64,000 bases of DNA from Ophelia neglecta (Eukaryota): NCBI GenBank assembly GCA_965285935.1, contig OZ260666.1, positions 45,942,001-46,006,000 on the forward strand. The letters are read 5' to 3'. The position numbers and the translations under genes were made by a program. Positions 42,318-57,072 of the stretch are shown one piece after another (position 1 is the stretch's first letter; the number at the start of each line of letters is the position of its first letter). The notes below the pieces were generated by a model. That model was not told the DNA's origin. It did no database searches and saw only the letters and a program-made list of their open reading frames with translations.

Positions 42318-45300
42318 TATTCTTTTGGATATTCAAATAGGTTAGGTTAGAGTTGTTGTTGGTGTTCAGTTTACAAATGGAACTCCTAATGGCCAATGCA
42401 TAGACTAACTTCTTTACATCAGCATGATCATGCCTGAATTTGAAATGGTATTATTTTCCATTCATATTATTGCACTAATATTAAAGCAGTAAGCTGATTA
42501 TAAAAATATCTTCGATCATTTTCTCTGTAGGCAATAAAATTGGCAGTCTGATTGTGGTCCCTTAGAGACCTGAGAGACCTTTTTTTGCTGTGTATGATGA
42601 GCAGTCTAAGCTGGCTGCCTGGTGCTTGTATGCATGCATGTCAAAGTAATATTGGTTTCCCCTAAATAAATGCTATAAAAGACCCTAGACTAAGCATTGC
42701 CTGTTGACAATTCTCAGTCCAAATAATTTTGTAATTGCAAGGGCTAAGCAGAAAATTACCTGTATATGTATATGTAGGCATGTGAATATATTTGTGCATG
42801 TACAATTTAAAAAAGTCAAAAAAGTTACAATATTTGAGCATTTAAAAAATAAGGCTCTGATCAATTTTTCTGGACAAATAAAATCCATATTCAACACCTA
42901 CTAATTATCATTGGCCTGCTCTTATTGGCAGGGTTCATTCAAAGAAGGAAATAGACCAGTGGTTTAAGAGATCACAGGCCATTCAAACCTTACAGGAAGT
43001 TGAAGTGGAACCTCTGGTTTTAATTTTAGGAACCCTGCCTCAAAATAGGTATGGTGAAAACAGATCAAGAACAAGATGCAAGCTATAAGTTATAACATCT
43101 GTATAAATTTCATACAAATAAAATGCTCCATTTGAACTTTACATTAAAGAATTGTGCACATTTATTAATCTAGGTTCCCACTGATTGACATCAGAATGCT
43201 TTCGTGTTTTTTAAGAATGGCTGTTCCTGCTAGCTCCACTGTTCACTACTTTGCATGTTAATGAACACTGTTCTAGTAGTTTCTTGATCTGCAAGGACAC
43301 AGTTTTGGATAACTCCTAGACTTGAACTATAATATAATTTGAAATGAATTCAGTGTATGTGCAAAACAAATTTGGTTTATTTCACTCATTTCTTTGCAAG
43401 TGAAATAGAACATATGACGTTCCTTGTACAATTTTTCATTGACCGTTTGTTTAACCAATTGTTGACTTTAAAAGGCCTGTCCATAAGCCCGTTTTGGAGT
43501 GTAAGTTTTCTTTAGCAATTCTTTGTTCTAGAAGTTTTGTTAACTAGAGTAAACATGCTGTCTTATCAATAAATTATTTAACATATTAAACACAAATATA
43601 TATCCTGTCAAATGCCTAAACAGTGACCACCCTGAACGGCTGATGCGGTTTGTCACAATGACTGGGTATGCCCGTAGCACATTATTGATAAAGCCACTGA
43701 AGCATGCAAAACAATTCATCGCACCACAGCATTATATTTTGACAGGAGCAATAGCTAAGCCATCATAAGAGTCAATTTTTCATCCAATCTGACGAGGTGT
43801 GCCTTTGGCGAGATGAAAATTGCATGTAGAGATTGGTCATGGCCAGTCTGGCAGGGAATTGGGTGTTGATCAAGACAAAAACATAGAGCAGCTAACTATT
43901 GTCAGCCATAAAGCTGAGAGAGTTTGCCACCTGACTGGAAACAACAAGGATCTTGAAGGACCAGATATGGATATCAGCTGGCTCATAAACTGAGCACTAA
44001 TAGGCTAAGGCAACTAATGAGCTAGAGATGTATACTCCACACATACACATATTATGATTTCTTATTAAAGAAAGCACATTACGAGTTCAAATTAACCATT
44101 CTGGAGTAAAATTACTCATTTGTTCATGGGAAATGATAATTACTTTCAATAGAATTATACAGAACTCAATTAGAAAAAGCTTGGCAGTGCCCAAAATATA
44201 TGCAGTGCATCCATGCTATTTAATTGAAGGAAAAATTTATCTACCTCAAAGTCAATATTCATCTTCTTTGAAGATTCATCTGTCCAATACAGAAATGCAA
44301 TGACAGCTAGAAAGCACCATCAAAGATGTCACCCACACACTTTGAGTCATGCAGTCAGACAATTTAGTCTCATCAGACATCAGAGGCAGGTACCCATAGC
44401 TCAGTAGTTAGACCCTTCCTAAGCCAGCCAGCTTGTCCAACCTTGAGCGTCCGCCATACAAAAGCTGAAACTTGCATGGCCAGCCAAGATACTTGATTGC
44501 ATCTGTTGCCTTTTGAGAGCTGTCTGAAAAGCTAGTGCCTAGTCACAGTTGAGCCACGCAACTTTGAAGTAGGAAGCAACGAGAAACATTAAGGCTAATC
44601 TGGCATGCAATTGAGTCGCCTACCAAACCCCAAAAACCAAGGTTGGCAGATTTGTTACATTGTGATAATGCTTCCAACAGCTAGAGGCTTTCCTGCTATG
44701 GAACCAGCTGACTTCAATGTACCTAATTTATCTGTATGTATAAAATACATGAAAGTGTAGCGTGAGAAATTATACATTAATGGACAGCTGACAAATGGCA
44801 TGAGGAGAACCAAGCCCAAGTTTTTCCTATTTTTGGCACTGCCAATGTTCATGATGTCACTTTCTCACTTTCAAATGGATTCATGATTTCCTTGACTGCT
44901 TGCATGGTTACAGGAAGGCTTGTTACTCATGTGGACCTCATTCCTGGTACTTGGGTCAGCCTATAGGGCACCCACTTCCTGATTGGCTTTCAGCAGCCTG
45001 TTCAGGTATTAAATACTGGACCTGCTTTTTGTAACAAGAAATCAATTGGCCTGCATTGTTATTAATAGATTTTTGGCATTTGATCAGAAAAGCATTGATT
45101 TTCATAAATACTTTAACCAGCTACTTTTACCTGAACAGCAGTCTTGATTGGTTGTAAAACTGTTGTAATTGGCACACAACTGGCCAGGAGTATTATTCTG
45201 TCAGTGAGGATGTGATCAGGGTGGAAGCTCTGACTATACAACCTGCCTTTTATAGTAGGTCAGATGCTTAAATAAAAAATAATAATATCCAAATAAAAAG

Positions 45301-47165
45301 AACAGGTGCATAAACAACTTTTGTTAACTTGCATTTATAAGTATATCTGAAGTAGTAATCACCAAATTTCATTCATAAGGCATTACTTTAAAGCATTTTA
45401 AGCAGTAAAACTAAGCTTTATGTTCCTTCATTATGACAGAGTTCCTGTCATAACTGCAATTACAGAAGTGAACCATCAGCAAGGAAGGACTGGGTATTAT
45501 TTTCTGGTAATAGGTATACAGGTTTATTATCGTGGCCGAGGTGACAAACTATTTCCTGGAAGCCCTGTAAGGTAAAGATCTATGATGAGACTAGATGAGA
45601 CTTATTCAACGAACATTGTCTGATCGTGACACCTGCAATTTCCATATCTGCCACCCTACAAAAAGCACATAGTTTTTGATTGAGGTTTCATTCTACAGAC
45701 CTGGCATGTTCTAAATCATAGGGTTGGCTTAAGGTTAGGGCATAATGGCAGGAATACACTGCAATCCTCCAAAATACAACTCAAGCCATAGTTATACTTG
45801 AATTGCCAAATTGACGCACTGCGCATGTACATGTCCCATTACACTGTACTAGATTTTCACTGGTTTGTTATTTGGCTGTGACACATTATTAGTTTATTTC
45901 TTACAAATTTATAGGGAGAGCTTAATTCATAGTAACAGCTATTAATTCAGACATACTGATCATCAGTGGATGTTAAACAATTATTATGCATGTGAATACA
46001 CTTTGATACTTCCACTGCATACATTATTTGCCAGAACCTTAAAGATTAAGGTTTTTGATGATGGGCCTGATGTTTTCTTTGAATATGAAATGAGACTGAG
46101 AACTTGATCCACAGTACGTCAGGACTGAAGAAGGCTTTCTAATGCTAAGTTGTTCATTTTTAATGAAATCGGCAAATTAGTCATAGAGCATTGGGTGCAG
46201 ACAAACATTTCTGTTAAAAAATTAGTGTCAGTGTACTTAGAAATGTGAGGAAGATAAGTCAATGACTGATGATACACTTGTTAGCCATTCTAGACGGGAT
46301 AGATATTATTTTAGAGCGAGTGATCAAGATAACACCCAAATTGGGTTTAAGGATTTTATCAAATGAGATTATAATGTAATATGTACAATATTGAATTTAT
46401 TTATATAAGGTTCAGAAACTATAATCCCGTACAATTTTACATTGTAGTTATGCAGGATCTGTTGAGCTTTTTTTTTTATTAATCATGCATTATTGCTGCC
46501 CCTGCCCTTTACTCTTGCACTAAAAATGATGGTGTCTGCCTTCGTTTGTTAAGTCCATTTTTTTATTTTTAAAAAACTATGTAGGTTAGACTTAATATAC
46601 CGGTTAAATACAACGCAAATAGGTACATCCCACTTACATAAATCTATATGTACAAGCTGCTTAAATGGCTCAACTTGGTCAGCATTAAGTAAAATTTTTT
46701 TTTATAGAAGTAATAAGGTTCAGACTTTCTCCTGTTCAAATTTCAGGAGAGAGTACATAATATTGTTTAACTTACTGGAGGATCCTTAGCAGGATTCCTC
46801 AAGAGAGAAATTACTCCATAAGTTTTTATGGTTTTGGGTTCCTTTTACCTCGCTGCTGGATGGTGTTAACTATATATATTTTCAGATCACAAAAAGGGCC
46901 AAAGTGATGGCTGCCTCTAGTGGTCCGACCAAAAATATATTAGGAAATGCTTTTTTTACCATCATCAGTATGGTAGCTGTATAAAATATATATCATATAG
47001 ACCATGAAGAGCACACATGAAGAGCCTTTTAAGGCTATCTAGAATAACAACCACCTGTTGCCTTACTGCTAAAATCACCACAGACAGTTAGAATAGATAT
47101 ACTGGTTGTTAATATTTGATAAAATGAGAGGCCTGTCCTACTCTTTTATTATGCTCACCTCTTCA

Positions 47166-47498
47166 CTCTTTCAATGACAATGTCTACTTTTGGGATAACC
47201 CTTTCAATGCCAATGTCGACTTTTGTCAACCATATGTTAACTTTTTATTTATGACGCAATACTTAGTAACAATTAAACAGGTATACGGTAGTTACTATGG
47301 CAATTGGCAGAATATTCCATATGTATGTAAACATGTTACCTAGGAATGCTCTAGTTTAATTCCAGTACCCACATATATATTAATTAATTAATACCATATT
47401 AGAAAAAACAACAATTTTATACATCTTAATGGGAAAAAATGGCACACATAGATTAGATACATTGTATATAGTTGGGATAACCTTTGGCACCGAAAGAG
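47166..47498 (+). mobile_element. piggyBac-like MITE (TTAA-type ends) with a tandemly duplicated 5' terminus
   Basis: Left TTCA|CTCTTTCAATGACAA, repeated as ATAA|CCCTTTCAATGCCAA at 47199. Right TTGGCACCGAAAGAG|TTAA. A paralogous copy lies at 26.7 kb. Confidence 0.75.
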
Positions 47499-48163
47499 TT
47501 AAATTATACCATATCTATATTTATAAAATAATGAGGTACAACACCTGTGTTATTGTACAGAAAATCAGGCTTTGCATCTCAAAGCCTTCAATTTTTATGT
47601 GTGAAAATTTGTTTATGAGGGTTGCTAAAAAATGAAGAAAAAAAGAGATGAAAGTGTCAGTTATCATTGACTGTTCATCACATACATTTAGAAGTACTGG
47701 TTGTCCCAGTTATCTTCAGGAATTTTTTACACTTAATTGGTACTGCATTATACTAAAAACTGAATACACTGCTGTCTGGTATATCATGGGTTGTGTTTAT
47801 CAAATGACCCTGATATAAACTTGGTTGTCTGAAAACATATTGTGTAAAGTTGAGATCATGAAAAAAAATTAAAAAAATAATAACTTCATATTTATGACTT
47901 GGAAAAGGATTTTTTTTAATAATTATGAATCATGCAAGGGTTTAAAATATCTGGATAAAGTTTACATTTAGCTGTAATGAGCAGGGACTTGTGGTGAAGA
48001 CAAGGTGAATGCGTTATAGTAGTAGTAATGTAGTGTCACAGCTAGTAGTATAGTAGCCCAATGTGAACAGAAAAAGGACAGAACAAGATACACATATCTA
48101 AGTATAATATATGCCCCCTGCAACAGATAAAGAATACAAAATAAGTCAAAAAAAGGAAAAACT

Positions 48164-48183
48164 GGGGGAGGGGGAGGGGAGGG
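48164..48183 (+). other. Potential G-quadruplex (G5-A-G5-A-G4-A-G3)
   Basis: GGGGGAGGGGGAGGGGAGGG has four G-tracts with 1-nt loops. Formation in vivo is unknown. Confidence 0.5.
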
Positions 48184-48969
48184 TCATGGCTTTTTCTTGA
48201 AGGTGTATATATCTTAAGCCTTAAAGAAATCTCTTGGTATTTCCTTTTAAAATAATGGCAAATCTTGCATTATGCACATTTACATTTGACGGCATACCCA
48301 GAACATGAAAGTCCCCAGTTTTATCAATCTCATGACCTGTGCAATATTATATGCCACTGGGTGATGTTATGTTATATACTGTATCTCCTAATTTGAAGAC
48401 CTAGAGCTCTGCATGCAATGATTGTGCAGTCCTTTATTGGCGTAGGCCATACAGAAGGAAGATTTTTATTACAGCACCTCAGCTAGCAGGTGCAGAAATG
48501 TCTTAATTCTAAAGCCCTTGTATCTAGTTCTCACACAAGACACATTTATCTGATCCAACAGATAAACATAATAATCCACCCTTCTTTCACAGACTTGAAA
48601 AGAGTTACATGTACATGGAGTAGAGCCAGAGACACATCATTAATTAAAGAACAGACATGGACTTGGCTGTGGAGAGGAGCATTTTGACAGAATAAATATG
48701 AGTTTATTCCTAGCTTCTGATCCAATATTAATATTTCACTGTGACTATCAAATATCTTATTAAGGAATTCTTAAATTATCTACTTGCGTGTCTGCAGCAA
48801 CTATTGCACTGCCATGGATATTGAAATTAAGTGGATAATTGATAGAGCTATGATTTCATTAGTAAATTATAGTTGGAATGTTCCTGCAGGGCAAAGATTA
48901 CCTTTTTCATGCATGTCTATCAGTCTGTTTCTTCACTTTTTGTCTGTCTGTTCATCTTATCATTCAGAA

Positions 48970-49405
48970 AGACACACTGTTGACTGGCATATTTGGTATA
49001 TGTTAAATGTAGGCTTGTTGCCAGACACACAGTTTACTGGTCTATTAGGTATATGTTTAATGTAGGCTTGTTGCCAGACACACAGTTTACTGGCCTATTA
49101 GGTATATGTTTAATGTAGGCTTGTTGCCAGACACACAGTTTACTGGTCTATTAGGTATATGTTTAATATAGGCTTGTTGCCAGACACACAGTTTACTGGT
49201 CTATTAGGTATATGTTTAATGTAGGCTTGTTGCCAGACACACAGTTTACTGGTCTATTAGGTATATGTTTAATGTAGGCTTGTTGCCAGACACACAGTTT
49301 ACTGGTCTATTAGGTATATGTTTAATGTAGGCTTGTTGCCAGACACACAGTTTACTGGTATATTAGGTATATATTTATTGTAGGCTTTTAGCCAGCCAGA
49401 CCCAC
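48970..49405. repeat. 53-bp minisatellite, about 8 copies (GGTATATGTTTAATGTAGGCTTGTTGCCAGACACACAGTTTACTGGTCTATTA)
   Basis: Unit starts at 48995, 49048, 49101, 49154, 49207, 49260, 49313 and 49366. Internal copies are near-identical and edge copies are degenerate. Confidence 0.97.
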
Positions 49406-49535
49406 ATCAAATTTCCTAGGATTTGGTTACTTGTAACCTTAGATGTGCCATATCAGCTATGAAAAAGTTCAAATTTTAACCATTTTTTATTCAAAGCCCA
49501 TCCATAAAGATACCTGAGGGCATGAGAATTTGGGT
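49406..49535 (+). repeat. Dispersed repeat, copy 2 (paralogous to 22341-22545)
   Basis: Same shared blocks as the 22.3 kb copy. It abuts the 53-bp tandem array. Confidence 0.7.
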
Positions 49536-51818
49536 TTAATGTAGTTTTGTAACCAGACTTTATAAAGGTACATATGTTTGATGCTCAGAAGTATATGACG
49601 ATTTAACTCCACAAAGATTTATTTTTATCCATCAAGCGCATATGCGAGTCCTTCTAATTGTTTTTTCAGTAAGTCACCAATCATAATCCTTGTATTATTT
49701 GCATACAATTAATAATGGGTTCTATAACTAAGCTTAGGCAGCAAGAACGTTAATGAAACTGCAAATGAAGTTTCTGCCAGAACAAATAAACGAGTCATCA
49801 TCTCTCTGTCCATCTATGGCCTAATAAAGGACACGAGATGTATAGTCGAAGGCTACCTCCATATTTTGGTATGTAACAACACATTGCTTGGATTTTCAAT
49901 TGATTACCAGCACCGCACACTGTAAAAAGTACAATCCATGGCTCTCTTCTTCTGAGACAAGTTGCGCTCAACTAAGCATAAAAGAATCGTCTCAGGATAC
50001 TCTCATAATGAACATGATGAAAGATAAACTTGGTTGAGCAACTAGCTGTTTCTAGTGCCACCATGCATACATACTTGCCAATTTCAAGACGGCAAATCTG
50101 CAGACAGTCTAAATCTAATCAATCTGTAAATGCAATCACTTTAATTTTTCAATTTATTCTAAGGAGCGAACCATTAAAGAAGTTCAATCAGCCTGTAAAA
50201 TACCTTGTTAATATTAAACACTTTAGTATGTGGTGTGAATGCTCATTTAGTGAAATCCTACTGTAGCTACTGCAGCTTCTATTTTAAACATGGGATGCAG
50301 TTTATGCAACCTTTTTCTTTTTCATGCCTCCAGAAGTTTAGTTTGTAAGCTACAGTACAACATAAGTATGAAGCAGAAGCTCACCTTTTTCCATGATACA
50401 ACAATTTAGAATGTTGACTAGTAAAACTCTAATATTATTAGTTTACATTAGCTTTAACATCTGCAACAAGGCAACGACCACATTTAACTTATTGGTTTTT
50501 TTAATGATTACATTATTTCAGTCATTTCTATTTATTCTGTTTTCTAAATGTTTGCTTGGGGTCTCGTAGTTTCAGGCTTTATGCTTCAGTCCAGACAAAT
50601 GATTAGAACTCGTCTCTGAACTCATCCAGCGTAGAACATTTACAGTGAATGGGTGTTGAGCAATGGGCAGATTTTACTGACAGCTCAGACATTATCTTTC
50701 ATACAGTGAGCCTGAAGGCAATGAAATGCTTCAGCTGTCTTTGTCAGCCAGGATAACAGCAGATCAGTTGACTGCAAGGAAGTATAGGCTAGAGGAAAAC
50801 CATGGGAGGGAAACATAATTTTATATGGTCCATTCACCAAGTAAAAACATAGTATAAATAGGCTTTAAACTAAAAAATCCATCCATTTAATAGCCAACGA
50901 AAGAAGGAATTGACAATAAATTCTTTGAACTAATAAATGTTTATCTGAAATGGATTTTTCCTGGAAATTTGTGAGGGTTAAGTCAAACAGATAACATGTG
51001 AAAAAGTGGCTGGAATATATTCATTGAATGGCTTAGCTGTAGCAGAAAATGAATGGTGTATGTGGCTGATATGGCTATAATACCCCATATAACTCTTTGA
51101 GTAATTTACATTTTGCTGAGAAAAAGAAGAAAAAGTTAGGTCAATGGAAGCAAACAGATCACTCTCTGTATACACACACCTCTCTTAGTTATAAACATGT
51201 ACATGTACCAATTAGTTCATAATTATTTCTATAAAAAACTGCAACATTCCAAATCTGATGTTGTTAATTAAGCAACAGGAGTTTTAGCAGAGTGGGCTGT
51301 GATAAACATGGTTCATATGAACTTAATGAAAAATTTCTAGCTTACATGAATCTAAACATACATTGTATGTTTTAGATGAAACCAAAAGTTTATGACTTCC
51401 TAATTATTCTACTGACAGGCAATTAGATATCATCTGTCTTTCAGTGGAGGTGAGGGCAACTAAATGGTTCAGCTTTCTTTACTATGGTGGCTGACATATG
51501 GGTCAGTGGTCAGCAAGAAGTCTGCTGAAGGAAACTAGCAGGCCATTCATAAATCAATTACACTGACTACTTAGTATTGTCACAGAGTGACATTTCACAA
51601 TTTTTGCATAACAAATAATATCCATTTAATCTGGCTTTTTGCAATACGCACCCACCTGCCTTCCATCCTTTAGTCTAAACTTTATTGTTGGTTCCAATTA
51701 ACTTTCTGTGTGTAAATTCCTCCACCTGGTCTAAGAGATAATCATTGTTTACTGGACTTTCCATAGCATTCATTTTAACACTGTTATTGGCCTTTGTCTT
51801 GTATCTCAAATATATAAA

Positions 51819-51840
51819 CATATATATATATATATATATA
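51819..51840. repeat. (TA)n microsatellite
   Basis: Run of about 10 TA units. Confidence 0.85.
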
Positions 51841-53182
51841 GTATGTAGAGGCTAGTACCAGTAGCCTCAAGGCACACTTCCCAACAAACAGGAATGCACC
51901 TAACCATTGGCTCCCCAAAGGATGCATCTCCCAGTTTCTTATAGCTGGACCAAAACCTATTTTCTGTAGCTGACTTTATTGTGACAGTATTCATGTGTGT
52001 TACCAGACCTATGTATGTTTAATTTAGACATCATTGAAATAAAGGGGGTGGGAAAGCGAGGGGTACCAGGACATGAGAGTACATGAAATTTATCAATAGA
52101 TTCAACAGCCAAAAATATCCTACATTATGAATTCCCCCCCCCCCCCCAAACCAAAAAAGGATTCATACATTAATGAGACCTATTTGTAAAGTTTCTTGCA
52201 AGTAATATGTATACATACAAACTTGTAGCACAACCAGTTATTAGTGAAAGTTACTCATGAAATTGAAATGTCCAGTACATACAAGTACTTGTATGACCTT
52301 GATGCTATTTCTTTCTAATTGTGCGAAGATGGAAATAAAAAAAAACCCTGAAGAGCTTTGCCTTTCAGTCATACTCAGGAGGACTAGAAGAACGTGAGCA
52401 ATGTACTGGAAGCCTTCAAGTTTTAGTGAAATAACCTCTAGGGCCACGCATGCACGGAGATATAACAGAGGAAGTCATTCACACATCAGGGAAGGGAGGG
52501 CACCAATTCATCAGAAGTATTGACATATTCCTTTGATATTCAGAGAGACTCAATTGACCTTGGCTTGCCTTAACGAGGCCAATAGATTTGTCAAGCAATG
52601 TGTTGCTCAAAGATCTGTTATTCACAATCACTGACCATTGGACTGTGATATAATTATTGTGCATCTTCTATTTCCAAGAAATTGCACAAGCAGCCACCAA
52701 AAAATATTCTGCAAACTTTGAGCTCTCATGGCCATGGGACTATTACAGAAGCATTCGGTGATGAAGCTTGACCAACCTGGCAATACATGTCCAGGCGGGG
52801 CCGGTATAAAATAAAAAATAGATGGGCAGGTAGAGAGCAGAAGAATAAATTGTCACACAAACAGTTATTACTGCTCAGACAAATTTATGAATGATTAAGT
52901 AGTAATGCAGGCCAGTCACAATGCAATATACCGGTGTGAATGGTGTGTTCAAATCAGAACTCCAGGGCAGTCAATGTTATAAATCTCTGTTAAAGACCAC
53001 CCGTCTCAAGTGTTCCAAGTGTCCAGCCCTATTGATATCCATTAGTTTCATCGGTAGCATATAAAAGTAAACTGGTTTCAGCAATAAGAGAAGAAATACT
53101 TGCCGTGTGTGTGCCTTTACCCCTGCAGGTGTTTCATACAGTAGCTACTAGTATTGTTCTTGTAAGTTAGGCATTGTGAGTC

Positions 53183-53317
53183 GGTGCTCTGGGAAACATT
53201 GGATCCACAGATCTCATTTGCTGGCTAGAAACCGGCCACCATGAAGGTGCTGCCCTGGGAAACTTTGGATCCACAGCTCCAATATACTGGCTAGAAACTG
53301 GTGTGCAGTATGAAGGT
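53183..53317. repeat. Diverged two-copy tandem duplication (~65-bp unit)
   Basis: GGTGCT..CTGGGAAAC(A/T)TTGGATCCACAG....CTGGCTAGAAAC(C/T)GG...ATGAAGGT occurs twice. Confidence 0.8.
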
Positions 53318-54916
53318 TTGTGTAAATTCATCTGTGTATATACACACAATGTGAATTGACTTTAACGTGGTGGGTTTTGTTACTTGTGTGGCCGGTAGCC
53401 TAGAAAGAAGTAAAAGAATACAATAGTTATAAGAACATTTATAAAGATAAAACTTCAAGTATTTTCCAGTACCTTTTCCGTGCTAGCTACAGCAAACTGC
53501 AGAAATTAACTAGCCCACTTTTAATGGAGGGTTCTTTATTTATATAGATATCTAACCTGCCATTATTTTTCACTGACAAACTAAACCACATTCTTTCTGT
53601 TTTAGCGGTTTTATTGGAACTGCACATATCCTGTAGCTGACCTGTACAAGCTGATTCATTTGTTCACCTTTAAAATGATCCACATTGTGTCTCCTATTCC
53701 ACTCTAAGTGCCAGAAACAACAGGCTATAGGCTTGCCAAAGGCAATATTAATTGCATGTGATGGGGGTTGCATCAATTGCTTCCATGGAATCTGAAATAA
53801 ACACTGTTGTTGAAAATACTATAGAATTTGTACCTTTGCCAATTTTGGTATACAGAAATTCAATCCAATATACATATAAATCAAACACATGAACCCACTC
53901 AAACCAGGTAAATCTACATGCAAAGAAAATAATCCTTACATCACCCTTTTGCTGTTTAAATATGTTTAATACCTTGTCACTCTCAACTTCAAAGTAAGTA
54001 ACAAAAAAGTAGCTCCATAAGAACAGTAAAAGACAGGAATTAGGGTGGGTGACTATTGGTAAAAACATATGATCTGTTCCAAGTTTTAAACCATTAGGAA
54101 ATTGGTAGCTTATGCTGAAGAATAACCTGAACTTAGCATTACATATGCCTCTAAAGGAAAATTACAATTGCCTATTTGAGCAGCCCAGATTATATCTTTT
54201 GACAGTGAAAGAGATAATTAACAGTCTTGGAAACCCATCAAGAGGAATGTCATTAATCATGGAAACATGGTGCAATGGGTTGATTCTTTTACAAAAAAAA
54301 ACATTGAAAGATAAAGTATTCCAATCACCTCACAAACTACAAAATTACACATGAATGAAAACAATTATTGCTTGGGGAGGAATCTAAAACAACAATTTAT
54401 TGCGGCTGAAGGAGTGACTGCAAACATCCAATTTGTTCCATGAGGTGCCTACGCAGCCTGGAAATTTCATTTACAATGTCTGATTTATTTCATTTGCCTA
54501 AGTGTTTGGACTGCGAATTCATCGAAAAGCCGGCAACCTTGGGTCCATGAAACTTTGGCCTGGCCTCAGTCATGACATGTCACCCAGAAACCAATAATAC
54601 CTGTGTACATGTATGTACAATGCCTCAAATAGGCAAAAGAATGCACCAAATGTGTATGTTATAATTACTTGCAATTCATTAGGACAATGTTGTTGATTGG
54701 CAAAACTGAGCATGCATCTCATGATTTGTTGTAAAAATGTAAACGGACACATAAATATTATAAGCTTGCAGACTGTACAGTTCCCATCCCTTCAGCCCTG
54801 TGAGGGAGCAATGCTCAGTAGCTGGAGTGGATTGGCACATACACTACTGGCAATGGCAAATCAACATCAAACAAAGTTTTGTTAATCAGTACCAACTTCA
54901 TAACTGATCATAGGCC

Positions 54917-55283
54917 TAGGTTGTCCCCAACTGATCGTTCATCAAATTTTAATCGATTAGGACAAGATTTTTATTGGCAATTTATTTCACTTTCGTTTCA
55001 TATCTTGGTTAATTTGAACATTTACAGTGCATATCATTTTACTTAACTAAATACTAGATAAGTAGGATTAACAAAATAATTCGTTTTGCCATGTTAAAAT
55101 TACTAAAGTAACAGTGAATTATCAATTTCAACTTGGAAGAGTAACCATCTACCTAATAAAACTGGTCTAATACTAACATATTTAGATTTTGAATAAATCG
55201 ATGTTGTTTTCTTTATTCGAGCCCTTGGTTGAGACAACAAAGTGACCATCTTTCGATTTTATACTATCATCGGGACACCACTA
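54917..55283. mobile_element. Possible hAT-type MITE remnant
   Basis: Ends TAGGTTGTCCCC ... ATCGGGACACCACTA (rc TAGTGGTGTCCCGAT). The interior is AT-rich with several retained CpGs (ATCG/TTCG). No TSD is seen. Confidence 0.35.
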
Positions 55284-57072
55284 ATAAAACATTGACACAC
55301 AGTCTACCAAAGTGACTAGTGTTCAGTCACTAGGATGATGCTATAAGAGAGATGATATGCCATTAAACCATTTTAAAAGCAATCCAAAGATTTAGAAAAT
55401 AGAGTGCCTAACAGTATCAAAAAAAGGTACCTCTAAATTACTTGTTAAAGGTGGAGAAGGCTGAAGTTAGTTCAGTGTATTGCCAGATTTTTCCACCCTT
55501 TAATGTACAAGTATTCATTGGTTGCTTGTTCAGGCCAAATTTAGGTTAATACTCAGGTTTATAAATGAAAAACTAGGTGTCTCAATGATAAACTTAAATA
55601 AACACAATAAATGTTTTTCAATGATAAACCTTGAGTTTTTCAATGATAAAGTGCAATAAGGATTAATAAATCATAATCTATTCCTACAAATGTGCATTAT
55701 TGAGACTTACTGTACATAATAAATGTCACATTAAAATATAAATATATCTATGTTTTACACAATATCATTGACATTATTCAGAAATTCATGCCATACATGT
55801 ATATATGGTAGCTGATGATGGAAGTAAGGGGGTGAACTTTGAGCAAAGATTTATTAAATGTTGGGTCAGTGCTAAAATAAATAAAGTTTAAATGCAAGTA
55901 ATGTTTATTATACTCAGGTAACTCACAGTCAAGAGGTAACCTGGAGCTTGATTAACCTAAAACCACCTGCATCCTTAAAAAGCGACACCATTGTCAAAAC
56001 ACACCACACAGAGCTAGTACAAAAAAAGCATCAATTATGCAACAGCACTGGGAGTGAGGATATGAGTGGGATTATAATAGTAAGATAATTATACTATGAT
56101 AACATTTTCATGTTTTATTCCATGGCCTCTGGATGCTACAAAGATAATGGGTATTTGCCTCCCAGCGGATGCTGAAAAAGATACATATGCCAGTGCTTTC
56201 CTTTTTATGCATGTTGGCCTTATACAGCATGAAATAAAATCGATCCTGACAAATAAGTTCCGAAATCATATTATATTCATTTCATTTCTACCGTTTTCTT
56301 TAATATAGGCTTACCAGTACATGTAGTTTTAATTTGTGTTTCTTTTTCTTATGTGGCTTTCAAAAATGATGACATAAACTAATTCATCACAGCTGCTATA
56401 CCAATGAAACCATGGGTAGCTTCAGAAGATCCCATGCTAAGGTAGTATAAAAAAAAATCTTCTTTTAATCTTTCTATAAAGTCACATTTTAAAATCATAA
56501 TAAAGAAATTTTGCTATAAGTCACATTAAGAAATGCATGAGTGCAGAAAATTGTGTTCTACAAACCCCTTTCCCCTTTGATTATTCTTTGATGATCTTAG
56601 ATTGGTGACCACTTGCCAACTCATTCCTGCTGATGGACAACTGGAAGACACTCTTTACCTTTTTATCTTTTTTTTTTATTTTCTTTTTCACTATTTTTTC
56701 AAAGTCAACCTTTAATTCTCTGATGAACCACTAACTGCTTGCACCAAGGCAAGTAGTTCCCTTATTCCGGCAGGTATAGCGGCAAGGACTTTACAGGGTA
56801 CTTGGAATGTGACCGAATAAAGTAAGGCTGCAAGATCTGTATGGCGATAAAGCTGCTCAAATCTGACTTCACACGTTTGACCTAATAGGACCAGTGTCTT
56901 GGGCAGGTGAGGGGTGATAATTGCATTAAGTCCACAAGTAAGCCAAGTGAAGCAGTAGATGACATTGGAAGACTTACCAGGTGTACTATACACTATTTGA
57001 TAATTCTCATTCTATAATACACTATCCCTTTTCGTCACCTCTTGGGACAAACATTTGATGTTTAAACAAAAC

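Noticed and set aside
44391-44415. tRNA-like 5' segment CCCATAGCTCAGTAGTTAG
   Set aside because: No B-box, T-arm or acceptor stem follows, so it is not a tRNA gene; at most a SINE scrap.
46910-46925. Second CTCF-like motif GCTGCCTCTAGTGGTC
   Set aside because: It is one base short in the core relative to the consensus spacing.
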